DNA from: an uncultured Thermococci archaeon
GTDB taxonomy: Archaea > CAYQAE01 > CAYVLA01
DNA: 64,000 bases
Direction: 5' to 3'
NCBI GenBank assembly: GCA_964549615.1
Contig: CAZJVP010000018.1
Span: forward strand, 13,802-77,801
Below the pieces are notes generated by a model. That model saw nothing but the letters and a program-made list of their open reading frames with translations, did not search any database and was not told the origin of the DNA. A program made the translations under genes and the position numbers. Below are positions 39,378 to 50,006 of the stretch, piece after piece; position 1 is the stretch's first letter; the number at the start of each line of letters is the position of its first letter.

Positions 39378-40475
39378 ATGAAGGAGCAGGCACACAAGTG
39401 CCTGGGACTGGATCCTGGGAGTCTTTCGTGGAAGGCCGCCGTCCTCGACGACCATGGGCTCATCTGGACCGGCAAGGTTGCCACAGAAGACGTCTGTAGG
39501 GACCCGGACATCATGAAGTCCTTGGTATACGAGCATCGAGACGGCCTTCAAGCAATCGCTGCGCCATCAGGCTTCGGCTTGCCTCTGGTCCCCATCGACA
39601 GGATCGGGAAGCGAGAACTGAGTTTGATGACGCTGAAGAGAGACGGGCCAGGCATCGTGGGTGTGGCGAGGGCGATAGAGGTACTGAAGGCCGTACAGCG
39701 AGACATTGGGGCCAAGTGCTTCGTCCTGCCCTCCGTCAAGCACCTCACGACCGTTCCCGTGCGGCGCAAGATAAACCGCGTTGACCTGGGCACCACGGAC
39801 AAGCTTTGTGCCGCTGCACATGCGCTCCAGAAACTAGTTGAAAAACAGTCCGCCTCCTATGAGGATATCTCCTTCGTGTTGGGGGAGATAGGCAGCTCCT
39901 TTGTTGGGATGGTGTGCGTGAAGAGGGGCAAGGTGGTTGATGGAATCGGGGGAACGAATGCAAGCTTCGGGGTGGGTGCATCAGGCGCGTTGGACGCCGA
40001 GCTGGCTCACATCTGGCATTTCCCCGACAAGGCTAGCCTGTACAGCGGCGGGTTGGCTGATGCGGCTGGCATGCCTCTCGGGCAGATCGAGGAGAGCCTG
40101 TCAGGCACCCTTCCCCCGCGGGCCAGGCACGCTTTTGCAAGGTTTGTCGAGTCCGTGACTTGCGACGCCTCTGCAATGGCATCTAGGAACGGCGTCGAGA
40201 CCTTTGTGCTTTCGAGCGTGCTAGGCCCCAAGATGAACGAGGCCATCGAAGACTCCTTGAAGCGGGTCGGGCTTAAAGTGGTCAAAGGAATCAACGATGA
40301 GATGTCGGCCAGCATCGGCGCGGCATTCCTGGTCAACGGCCTGATCGGCGGAAGATACCGACGCCTTTCGGAAACGCTGGCGATCGCAAAGGCTAGGGGC
40401 TCGATCATGGATCACATCTTCTATAGGGGGACGCCGGCTCTCCCGCACGTTGGGGAGACTTGTGCTCTTGATTGA
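39378..40475 (+). CDS. DUF1464-family ASKHA-fold (butyrate-kinase-like) protein
   Basis: GLDPGS, APSGFGLP, LPSVKHLTTVP..RKINRVDLGTTDK, VDGIGG, GALDAE, ASIGAA..NGL.GG.Y. Confidence 0.75.
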   Translation: MKEQAHKCLGLDPGSLSWKAAVLDDHGLIWTGKVATEDVCRDPDIMKSLVYEHRDGLQAIAAPSGFGLPLVPIDRIGKRELSLMTLKRDGPGIVGVARAIEVLKAVQRDIGAKCFVLPSVKHLTTVPVRRKINRVDLGTTDKLCAAAHALQKLVEKQSASYEDISFVLGEIGSSFVGMVCVKRGKVVDGIGGTNASFGVGASGALDAELAHIWHFPDKASLYSGGLADAAGMPLGQIEESLSGTLPPRARHAFARFVESVTCDASAMASRNGVETFVLSSVLGPKMNEAIEDSLKRVGLKVVKGINDEMSASIGAAFLVNGLIGGRYRRLSETLAIAKARGSIMDHIFYRGTPALPHVGETCALD

Positions 40476-41604
40476 TCCGGACCGCGAGGAGCTTCGCATA
40501 GAGGAGGATATGCGATGGGCAGGTGAAACCGATTCCCGCGTTAGCTCAGATGCCAAGGCCGCACTACGCAAGCTCCAGGATGCAAGGAAGGAGCTTGAAT
40601 CGGAGCTACAGAAGCTAAAGGACCGCAGGGACTACTTGGTTGGGGTCGTTGAAGGCAAGATCAAACCGGGCGTCATCGACCTTCCTGCGGATGAGGCGCA
40701 GAACATAGGGACGAAGATCAAGCTGAGGCTCAAGGGCGTCAGGGGGCTTGCGATCGAGAAGGCAAGGGATGAGCTTGGCTCGCTTGAGGACAAGATCCGA
40801 TCGGCCCAAGCCAAGATGTCTGAGATCGATGACAGCACTGCCGGTCTCAGGGACCGCCAATCGGAGGCGAAGGCGCGGCTCGCCGAGCTGACCGAAACCC
40901 TCAAGGCCCAGAGGGCCATCATCAGGCAGGTCTCAATGATCAACCAAAATATCTCAGCCATGGTCTCAACGTTCGGGTGGTTCAACCCTTACCTGCTCGG
41001 CCGCAAGTGTTTGGACGAGATGCTCATCACCAGGGGGAATCTGCTCAGGGCCAAGCGCTCAATCCAGAAAAGATCCGAAGAGATCAGCGAACTTGACCAC
41101 AAGATCACGCTGATCAAGGCACGGCTGAAGTCCGTCCTCGGTGAGGCCTACGATGGCTGCTTGATCCCGATCGTCTTCAAGGGCGGCTCAAGCCCGGAGG
41201 GAAAGAAGTTCCTGGACAACGACCTCACCGGGGAGGACATCAAATCGCTTAACCTCTCAAGCAAACTCTCCCACCCGAAGACAATCTCCGGAAGGGCGGA
41301 CAGGCTAAGGTCGATCCTGTGGGATCGCCGTTTTCTCATATCCGAGTCGCTGACGGAGATAGGCCATCTGGGCGAGCTGAAAGCGTATGCCAGGCGGCTT
41401 CTGCAGTCGGCGAGGTGCAAAGCACGGATCGCGCAGAGGGTCCTGGATTCAAAGCAGGAGACCTTTGCCCAGGTTTTGGACGTCGCCGAGGGCTGCCTCG
41501 CTCTGCGCGGCCTGGCGGCCGCCTACGATGAACAGTCGCGTGAGGCGGCCCGCAGGAGGGAACGGGCGGTGGTCGCGGTGGACAGGTTCCGAAGCGATTT
41601 ATAA
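40450..41604 (+). CDS. Hypothetical coiled-coil protein
   Basis: 384-aa ORF with E/K/L/R-rich heptad-like runs; overlaps the upstream gene; exact start uncertain. Confidence 0.7.
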   Translation: MGRLVLLIDPDREELRIEEDMRWAGETDSRVSSDAKAALRKLQDARKELESELQKLKDRRDYLVGVVEGKIKPGVIDLPADEAQNIGTKIKLRLKGVRGLAIEKARDELGSLEDKIRSAQAKMSEIDDSTAGLRDRQSEAKARLAELTETLKAQRAIIRQVSMINQNISAMVSTFGWFNPYLLGRKCLDEMLITRGNLLRAKRSIQKRSEEISELDHKITLIKARLKSVLGEAYDGCLIPIVFKGGSSPEGKKFLDNDLTGEDIKSLNLSSKLSHPKTISGRADRLRSILWDRRFLISESLTEIGHLGELKAYARRLLQSARCKARIAQRVLDSKQETFAQVLDVAEGCLALRGLAAAYDEQSREAARRRERAVVAVDRFRSDL

Positions 41605-41627
41605 AACATCTAGGGCGCTGTGGGTGA

Positions 41628-42374
41628 GTGCGGCCCGACGACAAGGCGTGGGCAATCGGCATAACGGTCGCGGTGGCGGCCTTCTTCGCGATGATCATAA
41701 TGGCTGGGAGGGTCTATCTCACGGACCTGGATCGCGCTTTCATGATTTCGAGTGAAACCGATGTCGTCGAGGCCAGACTCACCCTCTGGATGTTGAGGAA
41801 CGATTCAAGGAGCACCCCCATCCGGGTCAACCCGCCCGCCCAAGGGGATGCCACCCTCGGAGGGAAGAAAGTGTACATTCAGAGGGAGTTCATGGCGCTG
41901 AGCAGCCAGGCAACCTTGCAGATCAGGAGTGCGAGGCCGATCCTGGTCGACTCGGAGTCGCCCCCGTCAGGCACGCAGTTGGAAGTTGAGGTTCTCCACT
42001 TCAAGGCGCCTGGCCACCGGCCCGTTATCGTTGTGGAGCCGGATCCAAATCTGACAAGATCCACCGAGCTATACATGGACGAGATCAATCCCACAAGGGT
42101 CAGCTACGATACCTTCGACCTTCAGCTTCATTGGCGCAAAGGGTTTGCAGGGCGTGGGTACCACGCGAACTTCCGGAAGGCTTTCTTCACGTTCTCCGGC
42201 GAAGATGACCTTTGGAGAATTGAGGCGCACGACAGCATATCCGGCAGGACGGAATCCTTCAATGCAATGGCCCTGTTCAAGGTCAGGGCCAGGCTCATCC
42301 TGACCTGGGACGACGGGACGCGTGCGAGCACGGATTGGATGGAGACGCAGTTCTTTGCCGTCGACTTGGCCTGA
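41628..42374 (+). CDS. Hypothetical protein with N-terminal membrane anchor or signal and a beta-rich domain
   Basis: AWAIGITVAVAAFFAMIIMA hydrophobic stretch; TTTATAAA at 41598-41605 suggests a leaderless transcript. Confidence 0.7.
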   Translation: MRPDDKAWAIGITVAVAAFFAMIIMAGRVYLTDLDRAFMISSETDVVEARLTLWMLRNDSRSTPIRVNPPAQGDATLGGKKVYIQREFMALSSQATLQIRSARPILVDSESPPSGTQLEVEVLHFKAPGHRPVIVVEPDPNLTRSTELYMDEINPTRVSYDTFDLQLHWRKGFAGRGYHANFRKAFFTFSGEDDLWRIEAHDSISGRTESFNAMALFKVRARLILTWDDGTRASTDWMETQFFAVDLA

Positions 42375-42407
42375 TCGTCGGTACGCCAGGCTCTTCCTCC
42401 TTCGAGT

Positions 42408-43202
42408 TCAGACGACCATCGCCAGATAGGTGGCCATTGACCCTGCGAAGACGAAGGGGATCGCTGGAACCATTCCCTTCTTGTCCGAGACGACGATGGC
42501 AAACCCAAGGCCGAACGCGCCTCCTAGGGCAACCCAAAGGGCACCCATGGCCGAATATGTCAGGGCGCAGGACGCAACGAACATGGAGGGCACGGCGAGA
42601 TCCGATATGCCGACGGCCGACTCCATCCCGGGCATCTCGATGAGAAATGTGGAGCGGCTCCCGCGCACGCTTTCCGCGACGAGGCTCATGTGCTTGCTGA
42701 AGCGGACCGCGATCACATCGTAGACCGAAAGGTAGCCCATCAGTGCTATGACGGGAACGATGCTCAGGTTCATGCCCATTATCGCGCCAACGGTTGCGGC
42801 GGTCAGGATCGACAAGCCCGTGGCCAGGAGCCAGTGTGCGTAAAGCCTCTTCAAGCCGGCGACCCCGGCAGCGACGGCCAGCCAGGCAAACGTGCCCTGT
42901 GGGTAAACGGACTGCAGCAACAGGAAGAGGCTGACGAAGACTATGGCGCTCTCCAGGTTCCTGAAGAGCGTCTTGGCCAAGCCCAGCTTCATTGCGACGG
43001 CGATGAATCCGACGCAGGCCATGAGGAAGACGTAGATGTAGAGGGAGGATGCGATGGTATCACCCCCCTCCAGGTAGCGAATCCTCGGCTCCCTGCCCCC
43101 CGGTGAATCCGGGCTCGGGACCGTGACCAGGTCGACGATGGCGAGGGTTACGGCCTGCGTCGCGCAGAAGACTGCGAGCAGTCCCAGGATCGTCTTTTTC
43201 AC
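42408..43202 (-). CDS. Presenilin/SPP-family intramembrane aspartyl protease (PSH-like)
   Basis: About 9 hydrophobic segments; SVYDVIAV..SKHM (YD), GISDL.VP (GxGD variant), PAIPF (PAL variant). Confidence 0.85.
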   Translation of the reverse strand: MKKTILGLLAVFCATQAVTLAIVDLVTVPSPDSPGGREPRIRYLEGGDTIASSLYIYVFLMACVGFIAVAMKLGLAKTLFRNLESAIVFVSLFLLLQSVYPQGTFAWLAVAAGVAGLKRLYAHWLLATGLSILTAATVGAIMGMNLSIVPVIALMGYLSVYDVIAVRFSKHMSLVAESVRGSRSTFLIEMPGMESAVGISDLAVPSMFVASCALTYSAMGALWVALGGAFGLGFAIVVSDKKGMVPAIPFVFAGSMATYLAMVV

Positions 43203-43338
43203 GTGCCTCTCTTCCCCCAGGCGCAGATAATTGCTTCCGGCCGGATGGTCCCCAGCGCACTGCGCCTCAGCACCTGCCGGCTGGCGCTTGCTCGGCGTTC
43301 AGAAGAAATATATAAGGTGAACTAGGGCGGGCAGCCCG

Positions 43339-44907
43339 ATGGAAGCTGCCACGCCGAAAGCCCGCCTCAAGTGCGTTCAATGCGGGTATGAGGCGGAGGT
43401 GACGGCGCGCAAGGACCTGAGCGTAGGCAAGATGATCCCCGGGCTTTGCCCCGATTGCCAGGGGAACATGATAGTGACGAAGGATCTGACCGCGATCCAG
43501 CACGTGATCCCGACGGACAAGGTGCTGGAGATCGTCAGGGGGCATTTCCCGGTTCATCGCATCGAGGAAGGTTACAACTACCTCCGCCTCGAGGTGGGGG
43601 AGCCCTACAGCAAGGCATCTTTTTCTCAGACCCTTGGGCAGCTCGAATCGACCGGATCGCTCGCCATCGTGAGGAAGTTCGGCGAAAGGAACATCATGAC
43701 GGTTTTCCCGAGGGTGCCGGAAGCCAACGTCCGGGTGCGTAACAACCTCATCCTGCTGGGGTTGACCATCCTTTCGACCTTCTCTGCCGGGCTTTTCCTC
43801 ACGGGCTTCCTTTCCGGGGCCGCCATGTTCGAGGTCGCGAAATGGGATGCCATCCTGTACTCGATCGGCATCATGTCCATTCTCGGCCTCCACGAGATGG
43901 GGCACAAGCTAGGGTCGATGAAGTACAAGGTGGAGGCAACCTATCCGTACTTCATCCCCGTTCCATGGCCCTTCATCCTCGGCACGATGGGAGCGATCAT
44001 CAAGATGAAGGGGTCGCTGCCGGACCGCAATGCGATGCTTAGGATAGGCGCGGCAGGCCCGATCTGCGGCTTCGTGGTTGCAATTCCTGTGACCATGGTC
44101 GGCCTTGCCCTGTCAACGCCCGAGGTGCCCGCAGTCCGGGGCGGACCGAGTATACTGATCGGTGCCTCCCCCCTCTTCAGGCTTCTGCGCAATATCGTTG
44201 TTCCGAATAGCTACGGGCTTTCCCTGCACCCGCTCGCAGTTGCCGGATGGGCGGGAATGCTGGTCACGATGTTGAACCTCTTGCCGGCAGGAATGCTCGA
44301 CGGCGGGCATGTGACGAGAGCGGTTTTCGGAATGAGGATTCACCGCCTTCTCGGATACCTGACGGGCTTCTTGCTTCTGGGGTTATTCCTGATTCAGCAG
44401 CTGAGCGGCGTTTCGTTCGCGGGCTGGTTACTGTGGGGGATCTTGGCCCTCTTCTTCTCGAGGGTTGGGCACCCCGGTTCACTCGACGAGTCCTCGGCAT
44501 TGAGCAAGACGAGCTTGGCGATCGGCGCGGCGGTCGTGGCGATCTTCGTTCTCGCCGCGGTGCCTCTTCCGATAAGGCTGGTTGACCAGCCCAAGGTCTA
44601 CGTATCGGCGTTCACCGCATCGCCGATCTCGGTATCGCAGGGCAGTTACATGGTGCATGCTAGGCTGAACAACCTCGCCAGCCTGAACCGGGTTCAGGGG
44701 ATCGACGCCCGGATCATACTGCCCGAGGGGGCGTCCCTCATCTCCGGGTCCAACCCGGTTGTGAGCTTGCCTGAGATTTCAGACAGAGCGGACGTGTACT
44801 GGAACATAACCCTGACGAGCTCCAGGCTGGTGAACGGAGTTTACTGCCTGGTGACTTCCGAGAATGGTGGCTCCGATGAGGCGCGCCTGAGGCTCGCATC
44901 CCACTAG
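43339..44907 (+). CDS. Site-2 protease (M50) with N-terminal Zn ribbon and C-terminal Ig-like extension
   Basis: [36 protein letters not shown]; CVQC...CPDC at the N-terminus; TATATAA about 25 nt before the ATG. Confidence 0.92.
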   Translation: MEAATPKARLKCVQCGYEAEVTARKDLSVGKMIPGLCPDCQGNMIVTKDLTAIQHVIPTDKVLEIVRGHFPVHRIEEGYNYLRLEVGEPYSKASFSQTLGQLESTGSLAIVRKFGERNIMTVFPRVPEANVRVRNNLILLGLTILSTFSAGLFLTGFLSGAAMFEVAKWDAILYSIGIMSILGLHEMGHKLGSMKYKVEATYPYFIPVPWPFILGTMGAIIKMKGSLPDRNAMLRIGAAGPICGFVVAIPVTMVGLALSTPEVPAVRGGPSILIGASPLFRLLRNIVVPNSYGLSLHPLAVAGWAGMLVTMLNLLPAGMLDGGHVTRAVFGMRIHRLLGYLTGFLLLGLFLIQQLSGVSFAGWLLWGILALFFSRVGHPGSLDESSALSKTSLAIGAAVVAIFVLAAVPLPIRLVDQPKVYVSAFTASPISVSQGSYMVHARLNNLASLNRVQGIDARIILPEGASLISGSNPVVSLPEISDRADVYWNITLTSSRLVNGVYCLVTSENGGSDEARLRLASH

Positions 44908-45893
44908 TCTATGTCGAGGTTCAGGTACTCAGCGATCTCCTTGTACCTGTTTCGCACCGTGACCTCCGTGACCCCGGTGATGTCGGATATCTCCTTCTGT
45001 GTGCGCTTGACATCCTCGAGCACGCAGGCGATGTATATGGCGGCCGCCGCGATTCCCGTCGGACCCTTTCCGGACCCAAGGCCCTCGTTGATGACCTGTC
45101 TTAGGATCTCGATCGCTCTCGTCTCGACGGTTCCCGGCAGGCCGAGCTCGCTCGTGAAGCGCGGTACGTAGTCTATCGCGTTGATGGGAGGCAGATGTAT
45201 CGTCAGCCCCCTGGCGATGACGCGATAGCTCTTTCCGATCTCCTTCTTGTTGTGTTTGGTAACCTCTGCTAGTTCCTCCAGGGTCCTGGGTATCCCGAAC
45301 TGTCGGCAGGATATGTAGATCGCTGAGGCGGTCGAAGACTCTATCGACCTCCCCCTTATCAGATCCTTCTCTACCGTCTTCCTGTAGATCATCGCCGCGG
45401 CCTCGCGGACATTCTTCGGAAGCTGCAACTGGGCCGCAACGCGATCGAGCTCCGAAAGGGCGTATGAGAGGTTCCTCTCAACCGAATTGGAGACCCTCGC
45501 CCGCTTGTTCCATTTCCTGAGTCGGTACATCTGGGCCTTGGTCTCTGGCGACAGGCTCCTGCCGAAGATATCCCGGTCGCTGTCGTCAATCATCGTGGAC
45601 AGGCCCTTGTCATGTATGGTGTAGGTCATTGGAGCCCCGGTCCTCTCTCGGGACATCGTCTGGTCGGTATCGAAGGCTCTCCATTCTGGGCCGGAGTCGA
45701 TTATCTTGTCCTCGATCACGAGGCCGCAGTCGCAACAAATGATCTCGGCGCGCTTGTAGTCCCTGACTTGGCGAAACGACCCGCACTCAGGGCACTGTAT
45801 CTTTCGAGGTTCGGTGACGGACGGTTCTTCGTCGATATCCCCCTTGACCAAGGGATTGTAGGTCGAATTCTCATCTGAGGTAAAGGAGGGCAT
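44904..45893 (-). CDS. tfb: Transcription initiation factor IIB (paralog 2)
   Basis: [57 protein letters not shown]. Confidence 0.97.
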   Translation of the reverse strand: MPSFTSDENSTYNPLVKGDIDEEPSVTEPRKIQCPECGSFRQVRDYKRAEIICCDCGLVIEDKIIDSGPEWRAFDTDQTMSRERTGAPMTYTIHDKGLSTMIDDSDRDIFGRSLSPETKAQMYRLRKWNKRARVSNSVERNLSYALSELDRVAAQLQLPKNVREAAAMIYRKTVEKDLIRGRSIESSTASAIYISCRQFGIPRTLEELAEVTKHNKKEIGKSYRVIARGLTIHLPPINAIDYVPRFTSELGLPGTVETRAIEILRQVINEGLGSGKGPTGIAAAAIYIACVLEDVKRTQKEISDITGVTEVTVRNRYKEIAEYLNLDID

Positions 45894-45959
45894 TAAAGAA
45901 GATCAACCTCCTTGACTCGCTGAGGAAGGGGGGCCAAATCGGCTATGACCAGTATCAGG

Positions 45960-45996
45960 TGCATCGTAGTATAAAAACCTATGCATTCTATATGCA
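45960..45996 (-). promoter_or_regulatory. Internal promoter of the second tfb with TGCAT/ATGCA inverted repeats
   Basis: TTTTTATA (minus strand, 45977-45970) in an AT-rich spacer; TGCAT at 45960 and 45982, ATGCA at 45981 and 45992; SD-like GGAGGT at 45910-45905. Confidence 0.55.
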
Positions 45997-46036
45997 GCGA
46001 AAACGAAATTATATTCAGTTATATAGCAATCTTCGG

Positions 46037-46984
46037 TTACGGAACGCGTAGCCCGAGGTACTCGACCATCTCCTTATACCGGTTTCTGACCGTGACCTCG
46101 GTCACCCTCGCGACCTCTGCGACCTCCCGCTGGGTTCGCTGTTCGTGGCTCAGTTCTGCAGCTATGTATAGGGCCGCGGCGGCGACGCCCATTGGCCCTC
46201 GGCCCGACGTGAGGCCTTGACTTACCACCTTGCCTAGGATCTCGATCGCCTTTCCCTGCACCTCGCCGGACAGCTTTAGATCGCTGGCGAACCGGGGTAT
46301 GTAGTCAACGGGGGAAGTAGGCGCTAGTTTGATGCCGAGCTCTCTGGCAAGGAACCGGTAGCTCCGCCCTATTTCCTTCTTGTCGACTTTCGTGACCGCT
46401 GCGATTTCCTCCAATGTCCGGGGCACCGCGAACTGCCGGCATGCCACGTAGAGCGCCGATGCTGTGAGAGACTCTATGGATCTACCGCGGATCAGCCTCC
46501 GCTCTATGGTGCGCCGGTAGGTCACGGAGGCGGCTTCCCGCACGTTCCTTGGAAGCCTCAGCTGTGCGCCGATCCTGTCAATCTCGGAAAGCGCGAAAGA
46601 GAGGTTGCGTTCCGTCGAATCCGAGATCCGGGCCCGCATCTGCCATTTCCTGAGCCGGCTCATCTGCGCTCTGCTCTGAGGGGAGAGCGCCCTTCCGTAT
46701 ATGTCCTTGTCCCGCCAGTCGATTACCGTCGAAAGGCCCATGTCGTGGATCGTGTAAGTCATTGGGGCACCGCCCCTCTGCCTCTTCTCGCGCTGTTCGG
46801 CGTCGAAGGCTCTCCATTCCGGGCCAAGGTCCAAGAGGTGGTCATCGACTACCAAGCCGCATGATGCGCATGTGACCTCCGCCCTCTCATAGTCCCTGAT
46901 CAGCCTCTTGCATCCGCACTCTGGGCAACTTGATTCCTCAACGATCTCCGGGCCATCGGATTTTAGGTCGCGGAAGTCCTCCAC
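46037..46984 (-). CDS. tfb: Transcription initiation factor IIB (paralog 1)
   Basis: [46 protein letters not shown]; overlaps gar1. Confidence 0.97.
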   Translation of the reverse strand: MEDFRDLKSDGPEIVEESSCPECGCKRLIRDYERAEVTCASCGLVVDDHLLDLGPEWRAFDAEQREKRQRGGAPMTYTIHDMGLSTVIDWRDKDIYGRALSPQSRAQMSRLRKWQMRARISDSTERNLSFALSEIDRIGAQLRLPRNVREAASVTYRRTIERRLIRGRSIESLTASALYVACRQFAVPRTLEEIAAVTKVDKKEIGRSYRFLARELGIKLAPTSPVDYIPRFASDLKLSGEVQGKAIEILGKVVSQGLTSGRGPMGVAAAALYIAAELSHEQRTQREVAEVARVTEVTVRNRYKEMVEYLGLRVP

Positions 46985-47229
46985 CTGCCCAGCCTCCGAT
47001 CCTTGCCGGTGAGGTAATAGACCTGCTGACCAGGCGAAGCCTTGGCGGACGTACCTTGGATGCTCACCGAGACGAACGGAGTTTGCGCAGGCCCGAAGAC
47101 GTCAACGACTTGACCCAGTTGGACTAGATTGGCATCTACCACAGTAGCTCTGAGAGGCGGCACTGCCTCGCCCCTGACTAAGAGGCGCCCGGACCGAGTC
47201 CTTCCCACAATCTTGCCGAGAGCTTTCAA
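46963..47229 (-). CDS. gar1: H/ACA RNP subunit Gar1/Naf1
   Basis: LGKIV...G.LLVR...[16 protein letters not shown]; gar1-tfb adjacency is common in archaea. Confidence 0.88.
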   Translation of the reverse strand: MKALGKIVGRTRSGRLLVRGEAVPPLRATVVDANLVQLGQVVDVFGPAQTPFVSVSIQGTSAKASPGQQVYYLTGKDRRLGRWRTSAT

Positions 47230-47639
47230 CCAAAGCCCACCCAAGGCAACTGGCGACAGATGTACCGGTGCCCGACCCCTGCCCTAGTTTCCCTTTCCCC
47301 GGCGGCAATCGGGACATTCCCCGAAATAAAAAGTTTACCGTGTCTGTCCGTGTCCGTGTCCTCCCTTGGCGTGATTCGAGGTCCCAGATTGTGCTGGGAA
47401 TAACCTGTATGGCACTCCACCATGAATCGGATGTGCAACCCGACAAGCGTGACGCCAGGTTAGAAACATGGGCCGGAAAACGATCAACCGTGCGGTCGAG
47501 ATGGGGGATGAAGCATTTCAAGGACGAGGCCCTTGACCGTCTCTTGACCGAAGAAGAAGCGAAACAAATTTCGGTTAGGCCCGGCCCGGGGCTCGACGAA
47601 AACAGTATATACGCTCTACCGACGCCAAAAGGACTCGGA

Positions 47640-49214
47640 ATGGCCATGGCCAGGATACTCATTTGCGATCCTCTTCAAAAGAGGGCACTGGAAATCATGG
47701 GTGAGAGGCACCAAGTCGTCGATATGCCCCACATAACGAGGGAGGAGCTTCTGGAGAAGGTTGCGGACGTGGATGCCATCGTCGTGCGGGCAAGGACGAA
47801 CGTTGACTCGGAAGTCATCGCAAGGGGCAGAAGACTGAAAGTCATCGCCCGCGCTGGGGTCGGTACCGATAACATCGATGTTGACGCAGCAACTCAGATG
47901 GGCGTGCTGGTGGTAAACTCGCCCGATCCCTCGATAAATGCCGTCGCGGAGCACACCTTCGCTCTGCTTCTTGGGGTGTGCAGGCGCATCGTCAAGGCCC
48001 ACGAGAGCGCGAGGGCTGGGGAGGCCGGGAAAACGGAGTTGGTGGGTACTGAGATTTCGGGGAAGACGCTTGGTATCGTTGGGCTCGGTAGGATTGGCAC
48101 AAGGGTTGCCATGATCGCCAAGGGCTTCGGCCTCAACACGATAGCTGCCGACCCGTATGCATCCCCAGCATACGCGGAGAAGCATGGAGCGGAGCTGGTC
48201 GCATTGCACGAACTGCTCAAGAGGTCGGACTTCGTAACCCTGCACGTTCCGCTCACCGACTCGACCAGGAATCTCATCGGCAAGCGAGAGCTCGATATGA
48301 TGAAGCCAACGGCCATCCTGATCAACACCTCAAGAGCCGGGATCGTCGACAACGATGCGCTGGTGGATGCCCTAAAGAGGAGGCGCATTGCCGGAGCAGG
48401 TCTTGACGTTTTCGATGAGGAGTGCGCAGAGGAGCTCGCTAGCCTCGAAAACGTGCTCATGACTCCCCACATCGGCGCGTCGACGAAAGAGGCCCAGAGC
48501 CAGATCGCGGAGCTCATCGCAACCGAGGTGGTGGACGCGCTCGAGGGAAAGCCGACTAGGAACCCCGTTAACATGCCCCACGTTGACAGGAAGGCGTTGG
48601 AACTCCTCCAGCCCTACCTGCATCTGACGGATAGGATGGTTCGCGTCGTATCCCGGTTCTTGGCGGGCAACCCCAACCTGATCTCGATTTCACTTTTCGG
48701 GGAGGCGAGCGAGATCGAGCACCCGGATTTCCTGCTTAGAAGCGTGGTGGTCGGAATCCTTTCGCCCTTCCATGAGGTGAACATTGTAAATGCGATGGCC
48801 ACCGCCGACAGGATGGGGATCAAGACGGAGATTTCCAAGGGCACCGGAAGGGACTCCTACCTCAGCAGCATCGAGATCAAGATCGGAACCTCTGAGGATA
48901 CGTACGCCATCAAGGGGGCCCTTGTCGATTCGGACAAGCCCAGGATAGTCGGGCTTCTGGGTTATGAGTTGGAGTTCGTGCCCGCTGGCCACATCCTCAT
49001 CACCCAACACATGGACGTCCCGGGCATGGTGGGCATGGTGGGTACGAAGCTGGGATCGGCGGGAGTAAACATCGCAACCATGCAGCTGGCAAGGAAGAGG
49101 ATCGGCGAGCAGGCCATGATGGTGATTCAGACCGACAAGGAGGCGCAGGCCGACCTAGTCCAGGAGATAGGCAGGATCAAGGGGGTCTCCAAGGTCGTGG
49201 CAATGAGCCTATGA
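47640..49214 (+). CDS. serA: D-3-phosphoglycerate dehydrogenase (with ASB and ACT domains)
   Basis: IARAGVGTDNIDV, AVAEH, GLGRIG, INTSRAG, TPHIGAST.EAQ, DVPGMVG ACT domain. Start moved to ATG 47640/47646; TATA-like GTATATA near 47604. Confidence 0.95.
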   Translation: MAMARILICDPLQKRALEIMGERHQVVDMPHITREELLEKVADVDAIVVRARTNVDSEVIARGRRLKVIARAGVGTDNIDVDAATQMGVLVVNSPDPSINAVAEHTFALLLGVCRRIVKAHESARAGEAGKTELVGTEISGKTLGIVGLGRIGTRVAMIAKGFGLNTIAADPYASPAYAEKHGAELVALHELLKRSDFVTLHVPLTDSTRNLIGKRELDMMKPTAILINTSRAGIVDNDALVDALKRRRIAGAGLDVFDEECAEELASLENVLMTPHIGASTKEAQSQIAELIATEVVDALEGKPTRNPVNMPHVDRKALELLQPYLHLTDRMVRVVSRFLAGNPNLISISLFGEASEIEHPDFLLRSVVVGILSPFHEVNIVNAMATADRMGIKTEISKGTGRDSYLSSIEIKIGTSEDTYAIKGALVDSDKPRIVGLLGYELEFVPAGHILITQHMDVPGMVGMVGTKLGSAGVNIATMQLARKRIGEQAMMVIQTDKEAQADLVQEIGRIKGVSKVVAMSL

Positions 49215-49943
49215 CTAATCCCAGATGCTCCTTATCCCTTTGTCCGAGATGAAGCTGCCCCTGTACCTTGAGAAGAAGGATGTCACCAGGTAGGAATCCG
49301 GGAACGGCGACTCGGGTTCCAAGATCGGCTTAGGTTGGACGGACAAGGATTCCGGCGTGACCACGTGAAAGCCCAGCAGCCTCCTCTGCTCCTGCACCAT
49401 CCTAAAAACCGCCCGCCCCAGCTTGTTATATATGGCGGCCTCTGGGTTCCCATATTTCGTCCGCCTTACGACGCTGCCATAGATCAGCAGACCGTGCCTG
49501 GGGCTTACGCCTAGCGAACCGGCGGTTCTGTAGCGCGTGAGCGAGAGGTACTCTTGGAGAAGATCATGCAGCCCGGGATTCAGATCTTTCACGATGAGGA
49601 CCTTCTCCCGCTCGACGGCGCTCCTGAATCTTCCCAAGGTCGCATCCGAACTGGACACCACCTCGTGGTCGGGTTTCAGATCGCACAGCCGTCGTATGTA
49701 GCTCTCAAGCTCCTGACACGCGTCCTCGAAACAGGCAATGATCGCACACTTTCCTTCCCCCAGGAACGTCCCCGTCACGTCGACCCTTACCGGCTCGGGA
49801 AGCTTGCTTGAGGGCATGATGATGTAGCTGAGATACGTCTTCCATTGATGGGTCGAGAGGGAATCGATGAACTCCAGTGCCTTTTCCTTTGGCCTCATGC
49901 GACCATCCGGCCCAACCATGTCCTGAAAGATTATTAAGTGCAT
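49215..49943 (-). CDS. Hypothetical protein
   Basis: Long ORF abutting the serA stop; no recognised motif; start uncertain (49943, 49919 or 49898). Confidence 0.6.
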   Translation of the reverse strand: MHLIIFQDMVGPDGRMRPKEKALEFIDSLSTHQWKTYLSYIIMPSSKLPEPVRVDVTGTFLGEGKCAIIACFEDACQELESYIRRLCDLKPDHEVVSSSDATLGRFRSAVEREKVLIVKDLNPGLHDLLQEYLSLTRYRTAGSLGVSPRHGLLIYGSVVRRTKYGNPEAAIYNKLGRAVFRMVQEQRRLLGFHVVTPESLSVQPKPILEPESPFPDSYLVTSFFSRYRGSFISDKGIRSIWD

Positions 49944-50006
49944 TTTCCCAACAACGGTAGAGTTCGGCAGAAGAGATCCCTCTTGATAGAAAGGATCCGT
50001 AGGCTG

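Noticed and set aside
47268-47639. 124-aa N-terminal extension of SerA and short GTGTCC repeats near 47339-47361
   Set aside because: SerA homology starts at MARILICD with a TATA-like motif just upstream; the repeats are too short and few for a CRISPR or VNTR call.
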